In this document: piece after piece, positions 29,706 through 38,326 of the stretch
Position numbering within the stretch: position 1 is the stretch's first letter
How the letters are laid out: each line of letters begins with the position of its first letter
Virus record (IMG/VR): IMGVR_UViG_3300008116_004701
Coordinates: 1 to 58,886 of that record
Direction: 5' to 3' (one strand)
Source: a virus
Taxonomy: Duplodnaviria > Caudoviricetes
Length of the DNA stretch: 58,886 bases
Program-made: the position numbers and the translations under genes
Notes under the pieces: generated by a model
Database searches by the model: none
Told to the model about the DNA's origin: nothing
The model's input: the letters and a program-made list of their open reading frames with translations, nothing else

Positions 29706-30182
29706 TTATTTATTAAGTAGTTCTTGATCGAACAACAACATGTTATCAGTAAGCGCTAAACGAGCAAGTAAATCCATGTACTCACCTACTGCTCCTACTT
29801 GATGAGTAGTAAAGTCTTGTAGTAACAATCTTACTTTCAGAGAAAGATCCATTTTGCAAGCAGATTCTTCGTATGCCATAAGCAAATCACGCTCCATTTC
29901 GTATGCCATCTCTAAAGCACCTTTAACATCTGTGCAATCACACTTCACAGCATCTAAAGCATCAGTAGAAAGTTCTCCGCCTAAATCGTTGCAGAACTTT
30001 TCGATTTTATTATAATGATCTCGTTCTCCTAAAGACTCTTCAGTAAATAATTTTTCAGCGCCAAAGTAACCATTAGTCTTCATACGATTTGCTAAATGCA
30101 AATACGTATGAGAAGCAGTAAGCTCTAGACGGCCAAATTTATTGAGTTCTTTTTGTTCAATATCGGTAAGTAGCTTTTCCAT
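29706..30182 (-). CDS. Ferritin-like protein
   Basis: ELTASHTY, GY.G...F..ES..ERDH..K, ALE.E, Q..A and FDQ.L have ferritin spacing; 158 aa. Confidence 0.88.
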   Translation of the reverse strand: MEKLLTDIEQKELNKFGRLELTASHTYLHLANRMKTNGYFGAEKLFTEESLGERDHYNKIEKFCNDLGGELSTDALDAVKCDCTDVKGALEMAYEMERDLLMAYEESACKMDLSLKVRLLLQDFTTHQVGAVGEYMDLLARLALTDNMLLFDQELLNK

Positions 30183-33100
30183 TAATCACAATTTTTAAAC
30201 TGGTCATTCTCGTCGAAGAAGTAATTAATCTTAGAGTCTACTAAGCCTTCAACGATTTTATCAAAGTTTTGATTTATAAAGTTAATTCTTTCTAGGTTAT
30301 CAGCACCTATTTCATCTTCAAATTCTTGTAAAGCAGTCTGTTTCTTAATCGGCGATTTGATTTTAGAGATAGCATCCATCTTTTCTGCTATCTTCTCAAC
30401 CATTTCTGGATCGGCTTCTACTTCATTAAATTGTTCTAGAACATTGTCTTCAGTAATTTCTTCGTAAAGACCTAAACGTTTAGCAAGTTTTTTCTGATTG
30501 TACTCAAATAAATCTTGATAAGCACTGTTATATTCTTTAACTAGGTCTTTACCTGTTTTGTCTTTAGTTACTTGAACATCTAACAAGTCTACAAATAGTA
30601 ATGCTCGTTCTTGGGTACCTACGTTGATTTCAGCTTTTTCTCGTTTATACGGTACATCTTGCTGAATTCTAAAGTTGCTACGATCTAGTACTAAAGTGTT
30701 TTCAGGTTTAACTTCAAAGTTATCTACAACATTGCCGTTGTCATCAAAAGTCTTAATTTCACTAGCAACAGCACCTACTTTATTAGCAGTACCAAAAGAT
30801 GCTCTAATAAATTTAGGTTGTCCTCCTGCAGTGATATCTTTAGATACACTTTCTTCGTACTTTTCTAATCCTTGTCGGATTTTGTCTATTTGTAAGCCTG
30901 CAGTAAACTGTGGAATAAGTGGAAAACTCGAAGATTTAATGTATACACGGCGGTCTGCATTGTCTTCTACACTTGTCATGTTACCCACATACACAGGTTT
31001 CATAGGCTGCATTACTAGTCCTAGTTCTTCATATGTAAGTTTTGTGTTGTTATTTATAACACCTGCAGATTGCTGAGTTAGCTTCTTGTTAATAGTATTG
31101 TATTGGAAATCAGTAAGACGTCCTAATTGGTTTAATACATATAAGTGTTCTTTCCAAGTAGTGTATTCCTGAGCATCTGATCCTTCTATCTCTCCATAAC
31201 CTTTTTTGCCGTCACTGTAATCTTTGTTAATCTTTTCAAAAAATTCTTTTTGTACAGAATCTTTAAGGTTATTACTTTTAAGTTTTTTATCTTGTAAGAA
31301 TACTTGTAAGTATTTATTGTTAGCACTATCTGCCAACTCTAATCCTGGTGCAATATCTCCAGCAAGACGTTTACCCATATTGATAAAAGTTGCTGATAGA
31401 TTTTCTAAAGTAGTGTTACCATCTTTAAACTTAGCATATAATGCAGGGTCTCCAGTAAACAACTTCATCATTTCGCTGTTAGCAATAAGAGAGTTAAATA
31501 CATAATCTGTAGCAGCAAAACGTACTCTAGCAGCTTCTCCTACACCTTTAGCAATGTTGGACATGTAAGCAGAGTCTAAGAAAGTATACTTGTCAGTTAC
31601 ACGTCCTTTAGCGTCTTTTATAGTTTGTCCAATTCCAAGATTGTTCCAGTCTTCTAGCTTTTTATCTACAAGAGTGTTAAGAGTTTCTTGTAAGTAGTCG
31701 TATACAGCTTGTTTAACTTCTGGGTTAACTACAGCATCATTTCCTGAACGAACAAGGTCTCTGTAGTTTTGCATAGTGCCGTTTACTTCTACTATTAGAT
31801 CGTTTAATGCTGGGAAGAAATAAAAATATTCAGGTTCGTATCCTGCAATATCTGACTTGCCTTCTAACACTGCGGCACGGATTCTGTTAATCTCTGGCTG
31901 TACTGTTGCTTGGTAAAGACTTTCTAAGTTAGCATCAGTAACACCTCCTGGCGTCACAACTACTTGTTGGGCTAAAGCATTGACTACTAACATCGTAGTC
32001 TTATCCGACATTGTAGGATAGAAATAAGAAACTTTTCTGTAGGTCTTACCGTCAGCAACTTGTTTGCTTCCGTTAAAGAACATACCTAGTTTTACTAACT
32101 CATGTTCGTCGACAGTAAGTTTGTTTAGCTTACGGTCTTCTTGTGACTTAGTATACTGACGTTTAAGTGCTTCAAGAGATAGATAGTCTATACCTAAAGA
32201 ACTTCTCATTAAATCTCCTGTTTCTCCATCTTGAGTAAGCGCTGCCAACCATAAGCTATCTCTTGTAAATGAGATTTTTTTAAGCTTGTCAATTAAGTCT
32301 TGATTAATAAACTTTTTATTATCACTGTCGTAACTAGTAAGATCGCGCATGCGATTTACTAGATAATTATTGTTACCGTAAGAATAAATAGTCTTAGTAC
32401 CTGCACGGAAAGAATTACTAAAATTACTAGCAGTATTAATTGCTTCTAATTTAGATAATGCTTTGATTGCAGAATCTTTTAACAGTGACTTATCAGCTAT
32501 TTTATCGGGGTTATTAGCAATAGCTTTAAGTTCTTCTTTTAGTACTTTTACTAACCCAGAACTAGTATTAAAGAGTGCTTCCCAAGATTTACGGCCAGAA
32601 TTGTTGTATTTACCAGCACGTAAATCTTTATAAGTAGCATCAGACAGTACAATACCAAAATTACCTAACCATTTAGCTAATTCTTCATTTGTTACGTCTT
32701 TAGGATTTTTTTCCCATTCAGAAGCAATAGTTACTATATCATCTACTACTTCCTTATTGTATATATAATCACCTGCTTCGTTAACTAAAATAAGATTATT
32801 ACCTGGTTTTAAAAGATTGCTACCCCAATAATCTCTGAGGCGCTCTTCCATAGCACTAGAATTACTTGACCAACGTTGTAGAGAATAATTACCATATTGA
32901 TCTTTATTCCACATAATAAACTTCATACCGATATGATGTTTAGCCATATCTGATACAAACTCATTTTTAATTCTTTCTGGAGAATTTTCTATGTTGTCAA
33001 TAACAGTTTGTAACCATGGGAATGCTTCAGTATATAATCCTAAAGTATCTAACATTATATCTAAGTCGGCAGGTTTATTTGCCAATAACATATGGAGAGT

Positions 33101-36100
33101 GTCGTAAACTTGATCAAAAGGAATGATTTCTGGGAAACCTAATTCATTAGTCATTACGGCACCGTTAGCATCACGTGCTTCAACAAATGCAAAGAACTTA
33201 CGTAAATCGGCACTTGCTGTAGCTTTTGAGTTAATAGTAAACGCCCAGTCGTCTGAGTAAATTGTCTTTTCTAGACCTACTGTTTCTTCACTTTCATCGA
33301 GGTCCATACTTTCGTCTACTCGTCCTGTAGAAAGTACACTCATGTATTGGTTTACTAAACTTTGTAGTTTAGGAAATTGATCGACAATTTTATCTAGTAC
33401 TGCAGCTTTTTTAGGAAAACCATTGTTTCTATAAAAATCTGCTAGTTGTTTTAAAGATTCTTTATGTTCTTCAAATACAGGAAGAGTTTCTAAAGTTTTC
33501 TTGCCACCAACTTCTTTAAGAGCTAAGGCTCTTTTCATGATGTCTGCAGCAATATAAGATTGCAAAGATTCTTGAGTACGTGGGCTAACGCCTTCTAATA
33601 GTAGTTCCCTAGCTTCAGCAACAATAGTTTCTACTTGATCGGGCTCAATAGTAGCCAAAGCATCATCAAAAGTATCTTCTGAAATATCAGTGCTGTCTTT
33701 AGTATTACCATCTACTTTAATAGTTAATCCATTAGGTAAAGTAATACTGCCTGTGTTTTGTGTTGAACGGGCTTTATATAATTCTAATGCTTTGTTAAAA
33801 CTGTCTACAGCATTTTGCTTAGACTCAAAGCCGTTAGCTACAGCATCTTCGTCTGTCTTTAAAAAAGTACCGTCTCCTAAATTTTGAATATATCCTTCTA
33901 AAGTTTTAACAATAGACTCAGGAGCTACTGACTCTAACATCTGAGAGATAATCTGCTCGGCATTTTCAGTAACAGTATCTGCAACAGGTGGTGTAGTAGT
34001 AGCTGTAGGTTGTGTAGCAACAGGCTGTTCTAAAGCAGCTAGTTCTGCATCATATTTAGCATTTATATCTTGTAACTCTTTTTCTAATTCTTTAATTGAT
34101 TTAGTCTTACCTGTAAAGTCTTGTGCATAATATTTTTTTAAAGCATTCTTCCTTTTTCTTTCTATATTAGCTTTTTGAGCTTCTATATCAGTAGATGGTG
34201 CAGCAGGTTGACTTGCTGGCGGAGCACTTGGCGGTGTAGCTGTAGAAGCAACAGGCGCAGGCTTAGGCAATTGATTAGCATTAAGCTTTTGTGTCTGTAG
34301 TTTACCAGCAAACTTAGTATCAAAAAGAATAGTTGGCTGAATAGTATAAACCCATTTAGGCTTATCTTCTGTGCCAATGTTAGCAGAGATTACGTTACTC
34401 TTAGTAGAACGTTTAATTTGATCTAAGTAACTTAGAGTCTCTGTTTCTCCTTCTCTATTTAAAACTATTACAGTAGGAGTGTTTTCTTGTAGAGCTTCAA
34501 TTCTTACGTTACTTACCATTTGTGCTAACACATTAGTAAGCTTTGTAAGATTTTCTGCATTTAATCTTTTACCAAAATTTGATCCTTCAAAGTTTCTAGA
34601 GATTACTACGCCATATCGTTGGACTTCACTACCATCTTGTTGGACGTATTTGTTCATCATAATGCCTGGACGGCCGAATTCTATACCTGTTTTAGTAATA
34701 GACAGTAACGGCGTAGTAGAAGGTAGAGCACTATTAGTACCGCCTTGCATTAATAAATTCTCAATAGATTGCCCTTTAGCAGGAAAAATATAAGTAAATT
34801 GATTAACATAGTTAGCTAACCCTACTGAGTCTGTGATATCGTGACCTGTAGCATCAGCAATAGCTTTAACTACAGGATTGTTAATATCTCCAGTAAGATG
34901 TGCTTCAACCGCTAATACAATAGAGTTAACAACCTCAGCTGCTAACTTAGTACGCTCTAAAGGAATAGCTAAAAATTTATCAGGACCTACTTTAACTATA
35001 GCATAAGGACGACCTGCTTGAGTATCTTCTTTATTTATGATTACTCCTTTTTTGCCTAGTAGATTTTCTTTAGAGTTTGCAAATTTATATTCACCGTCTT
35101 TACCTACAGCAATAATTAACTTATCATCAGGCATTGCTTCTGTAAGAGGTAAAGACTTTCCGTCTGCAGTTTTAAACAAACGACCAAAACTTTTATAATC
35201 TACTTTAGATTTAACAGTTCCTTTTTCTACAATAGATTTACGGATTAAGTAATTTTTTTGTCGGTCTTCAGCAATTGCTTCTTGTGTATTGTCTAAGTTT
35301 TCCGCCTTGTACCAAGAGTTATCGTGTACGTAAAATACAGTTTCTCCTGACTCAAGAGTAACTTTAATAGGAACTTCAGCAATATACTCTGGCAATTGGT
35401 TTAATGGAATGTTACGATTTTCAGCAATCTGACGTAACTCTGCTAAACGTAATGGCCATGCTATTGTCTCACGAGTATTACTTTTAGGATCGTATTTCTC
35501 TCCTTCATACTCAGTATCTATAGTCATAATTAGTTTAGTACCTGGCTGCAATGCATCAGGGTCTAGTACTAATTGATTATCTTCGAGTTGATCAGTAAAC
35601 TCTTCACGATTTACAGTAAGTATTTCTGCAGTTTGATTAAAATCTCTTGATAAAAATGCTGCACGATTATGTCCTTCTGCAGCTCTATCGTAGCTATAAA
35701 TTAAATTACCATTGACGTCTTGGCCTATTAAATAAGTCTTGTCGTTTTGATTAAGAGATTCTGCAGCATTAGTAGTGCGCTTAGAAGCTTGGTCTGCTTC
35801 ATTTTTTGGGTCAGGTAATCCATCAGGAAGCTCTGTTTCAGTGTCTTTGTTGTTCTGATCGTTAGCATCTTTTGTTTCTTGTTCTTCAGTTTCATTACCT
35901 TGTTGAAATTGATCAAGTGGATTCTTAGGAGGAGCAGTAGGATTCTTTAAGCGCTCTAAATGATCAGAATACTCCATGCGAAGTTGATCTTTTTTATTTT
36001 GACTTATTTCTGCATCATCTATTGCTTTTTGGATTTCATCATAGTTTGCATCTGTAGAAGCATTAATTTTAGAACGCAACTGTTGCATTGTAAGTTCGAC

Positions 36101-38290
36101 TTGCTTTCTTTTTGCAGCTGCCGCATTACTTTGTTTGATAGTATCAATCTTTGCTTCTGCAAGTTGTCTAAACTGCTCATCGTCAGTTTGATCCATTAAT
36201 TTTTCTACATCAGGAATAGTTTGTGCGTTAACTAATTCAGCATTAAGAGTTTTAAGTAATTCTTTTTTAGCTTGTTTAGCTTCATATTCTTGTTGATATT
36301 TTCTACTAGTAAGTGTAGTAAACTCTTCTTGATTGCTTTCTATTAATTTATTTAATAGCTCTTCCTGCCCTTGATAACCTTCATACTGCTCGTATTCAGG
36401 AGTATTTTTGACTTCTTTTAAAAACTTGTTGTAAGTTTTTTGGTTCTCTTTAGTATCTCCTTGATTATTTTCAATATCGCTAAGTACATAGTTAAGAGGA
36501 ACTTCTTTCTTTTTTGGAGTACGTTTTACCTCAACACCTTCTACTTTATCAATCTGATCGTACTCTTCCGTAAACTTATACTTCTGAGCAATGTCACGCA
36601 CTTTTTGTGCGTAAGCAACTTGAGCATTCTTAGTAAGAGTACCTGTTGTATTTGCTTGACGGTCTAATCTTTGTTTGGCTGCACGGTTATAAAAAATCTC
36701 ATCGGCGTTTTTATACTCTTCAAAGTTATTATAGACTTCTTCTAATTCTTTTAAATTTTCTAAAGCTTTTTTAGCATTAGCTAAATATTCAGGACCTACT
36801 TCTGCAGGATCCTTAGCCATTTCTTCTTTAAGTTGCTCTTCTAAGATATCTGTAGTACCAGATTGAAAAGCTTTTAATGCAGTGTTTTCAAAAAGTTTTT
36901 CTCGAATCTCTTGCACTTTAGCATCATCTCCACGATTTGCAGCATCAAACAATTCTTGTTCAAATTGCATGCGCTCGTTGATATTCATTAAAGCATCAGT
37001 AACTTTAACTCCGTTTTGTTTAAGTTCTTCAATTACTTTTTGCTGTCTCTGATATTGCTGACGAAGATTTTCGTTATAACTAATTTTGTTACCATTTTCA
37101 TCAAGAGTAGCACCTGGGCCATATTTACTAGACCTTAAAGCTGAAGTAATAGCAGTTTGTCCTGCTCCACCTATAGCTCCTAAAAAAGCAGCTTCTAAGC
37201 CTTCCATAGTACTAATAGCTTCAAAACCTTTTTTCATGTAATCCTTCTCACCACGTCCTTTAGCTTCTCCAGCTTTTTGCGCGACAAGGTTAACAGTTTC
37301 TTCTAAAGCTTCTTGCCCTGCTTCTAATCCTACTTTACCTAAAGTAGCTCCTAATGTAGGAGCAATAAGAAGGTTACGGGTAGATTTCATTGGGGTCAAG
37401 AATGCTTTTGCAGATGTAAGATTTAGAAGAATATTAGCACGGTTAATATTCATTGTAGTTGCAGCAGCTCTTGCAGCATCTTCTTTTGCTTCTGTGTCAC
37501 TCTTACCTTTAGCTCTAGAATTTTGGTAAGTATTTTTATAAACCTGGGTAGCTTCAATAACAGCTTCTGCTTGGTTCATCATAGTAGCTGCACCAACTTG
37601 GCCTACTACACCTCCTACAGTTTTAGCATTTTTTGCCCCCATTACAGTCGCTGCTAAACCACGAGCTAATGCTTTACCTCCTAATGATGCTAACTTACCT
37701 GCTCCCATACCTGTAGCAGCAAATGCAGTAATAGATTCTACAAGACCTTCGCCTCGTGTCATCCACCATGCAAAGTCTCCAAGTTGCATTGAACCACTAG
37801 GATTTTCTTCATAAATAGGTAAAGCTTCACTAGATTTTTCTTTAATACTATCTGCCCAATTAACAATAGAATTAGTTGCTGCTTCTTCTGCACTAAAATA
37901 CCCAGGAAGATCTAACATAGCTGCAGCTCCTCCAATAATTTGAGGCACTATATTTACAGCAAGTCTACCTATTGCATTTCCTGCTTGTTCCCAATTAGAT
38001 TGGTTTTCTGCTCTTAAAGTATTAAGAAAATCTGTATCAAACTGTCCTCCACGTAATGTATTACGATCTATGTAGTCTTCATATGCATCATAAAAATCTG
38101 GAGAATCAATGTTGTACATTGCATCTACTCCACTGTACCCTGCTATCCTGCCTCCAGCTTCTTCTTGTGCTTTTTCGTAATCAGGAAGAACTCCTGATTT
38201 AATAGCTTCATTTTTACTTTGTTGTATTAAACTATCAAGTTTTGAAGTATCTGGAAGTTTATTAATAGGAGGCGTTGTATTTTTAGGCAT
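30182..38290 (-). CDS. Giant virion protein carrying the beta-like half of the virion RNAP, 2702 aa
   Basis: C-terminal motifs PTMSDKT, LFTGDPALY, KRLAGDIAPG, SDAQEY, MKPVY, YIKSSSFPL, IQQDVP, GTQ. N-terminal Gly/Ala hydrophobic helices. Single Cys at the penultimate residue. Confidence 0.85.
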   Translation of the reverse strand: MPKNTTPPINKLPDTSKLDSLIQQSKNEAIKSGVLPDYEKAQEEAGGRIAGYSGVDAMYNIDSPDFYDAYEDYIDRNTLRGGQFDTDFLNTLRAENQSNWEQAGNAIGRLAVNIVPQIIGGAAAMLDLPGYFSAEEAATNSIVNWADSIKEKSSEALPIYEENPSGSMQLGDFAWWMTRGEGLVESITAFAATGMGAGKLASLGGKALARGLAATVMGAKNAKTVGGVVGQVGAATMMNQAEAVIEATQVYKNTYQNSRAKGKSDTEAKEDAARAAATTMNINRANILLNLTSAKAFLTPMKSTRNLLIAPTLGATLGKVGLEAGQEALEETVNLVAQKAGEAKGRGEKDYMKKGFEAISTMEGLEAAFLGAIGGAGQTAITSALRSSKYGPGATLDENGNKISYNENLRQQYQRQQKVIEELKQNGVKVTDALMNINERMQFEQELFDAANRGDDAKVQEIREKLFENTALKAFQSGTTDILEEQLKEEMAKDPAEVGPEYLANAKKALENLKELEEVYNNFEEYKNADEIFYNRAAKQRLDRQANTTGTLTKNAQVAYAQKVRDIAQKYKFTEEYDQIDKVEGVEVKRTPKKKEVPLNYVLSDIENNQGDTKENQKTYNKFLKEVKNTPEYEQYEGYQGQEELLNKLIESNQEEFTTLTSRKYQQEYEAKQAKKELLKTLNAELVNAQTIPDVEKLMDQTDDEQFRQLAEAKIDTIKQSNAAAAKRKQVELTMQQLRSKINASTDANYDEIQKAIDDAEISQNKKDQLRMEYSDHLERLKNPTAPPKNPLDQFQQGNETEEQETKDANDQNNKDTETELPDGLPDPKNEADQASKRTTNAAESLNQNDKTYLIGQDVNGNLIYSYDRAAEGHNRAAFLSRDFNQTAEILTVNREEFTDQLEDNQLVLDPDALQPGTKLIMTIDTEYEGEKYDPKSNTRETIAWPLRLAELRQIAENRNIPLNQLPEYIAEVPIKVTLESGETVFYVHDNSWYKAENLDNTQEAIAEDRQKNYLIRKSIVEKGTVKSKVDYKSFGRLFKTADGKSLPLTEAMPDDKLIIAVGKDGEYKFANSKENLLGKKGVIINKEDTQAGRPYAIVKVGPDKFLAIPLERTKLAAEVVNSIVLAVEAHLTGDINNPVVKAIADATGHDITDSVGLANYVNQFTYIFPAKGQSIENLLMQGGTNSALPSTTPLLSITKTGIEFGRPGIMMNKYVQQDGSEVQRYGVVISRNFEGSNFGKRLNAENLTKLTNVLAQMVSNVRIEALQENTPTVIVLNREGETETLSYLDQIKRSTKSNVISANIGTEDKPKWVYTIQPTILFDTKFAGKLQTQKLNANQLPKPAPVASTATPPSAPPASQPAAPSTDIEAQKANIERKRKNALKKYYAQDFTGKTKSIKELEKELQDINAKYDAELAALEQPVATQPTATTTPPVADTVTENAEQIISQMLESVAPESIVKTLEGYIQNLGDGTFLKTDEDAVANGFESKQNAVDSFNKALELYKARSTQNTGSITLPNGLTIKVDGNTKDSTDISEDTFDDALATIEPDQVETIVAEARELLLEGVSPRTQESLQSYIAADIMKRALALKEVGGKKTLETLPVFEEHKESLKQLADFYRNNGFPKKAAVLDKIVDQFPKLQSLVNQYMSVLSTGRVDESMDLDESEETVGLEKTIYSDDWAFTINSKATASADLRKFFAFVEARDANGAVMTNELGFPEIIPFDQVYDTLHMLLANKPADLDIMLDTLGLYTEAFPWLQTVIDNIENSPERIKNEFVSDMAKHHIGMKFIMWNKDQYGNYSLQRWSSNSSAMEERLRDYWGSNLLKPGNNLILVNEAGDYIYNKEVVDDIVTIASEWEKNPKDVTNEELAKWLGNFGIVLSDATYKDLRAGKYNNSGRKSWEALFNTSSGLVKVLKEELKAIANNPDKIADKSLLKDSAIKALSKLEAINTASNFSNSFRAGTKTIYSYGNNNYLVNRMRDLTSYDSDNKKFINQDLIDKLKKISFTRDSLWLAALTQDGETGDLMRSSLGIDYLSLEALKRQYTKSQEDRKLNKLTVDEHELVKLGMFFNGSKQVADGKTYRKVSYFYPTMSDKTTMLVVNALAQQVVVTPGGVTDANLESLYQATVQPEINRIRAAVLEGKSDIAGYEPEYFYFFPALNDLIVEVNGTMQNYRDLVRSGNDAVVNPEVKQAVYDYLQETLNTLVDKKLEDWNNLGIGQTIKDAKGRVTDKYTFLDSAYMSNIAKGVGEAARVRFAATDYVFNSLIANSEMMKLFTGDPALYAKFKDGNTTLENLSATFINMGKRLAGDIAPGLELADSANNKYLQVFLQDKKLKSNNLKDSVQKEFFEKINKDYSDGKKGYGEIEGSDAQEYTTWKEHLYVLNQLGRLTDFQYNTINKKLTQQSAGVINNNTKLTYEELGLVMQPMKPVYVGNMTSVEDNADRRVYIKSSSFPLIPQFTAGLQIDKIRQGLEKYEESVSKDITAGGQPKFIRASFGTANKVGAVASEIKTFDDNGNVVDNFEVKPENTLVLDRSNFRIQQDVPYKREKAEINVGTQERALLFVDLLDVQVTKDKTGKDLVKEYNSAYQDLFEYNQKKLAKRLGLYEEITEDNVLEQFNEVEADPEMVEKIAEKMDAISKIKSPIKKQTALQEFEDEIGADNLERINFINQNFDKIVEGLVDSKINYFFDENDQFKNCD

Positions 38291-38326
38291 AGCAAAAACT
38301 TTTATGTAAAAGTAAGAATTTTGTGA

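Noticed and set aside
29500-30480. Split intein or intron explaining the RNAP break
   Set aside because: The extra segments have no Cys/Ser-initiated intein-N block and no HN-[CST] junction. The inserted gene is a ferritin, not a homing endonuclease, and there is no non-coding room for an intron.
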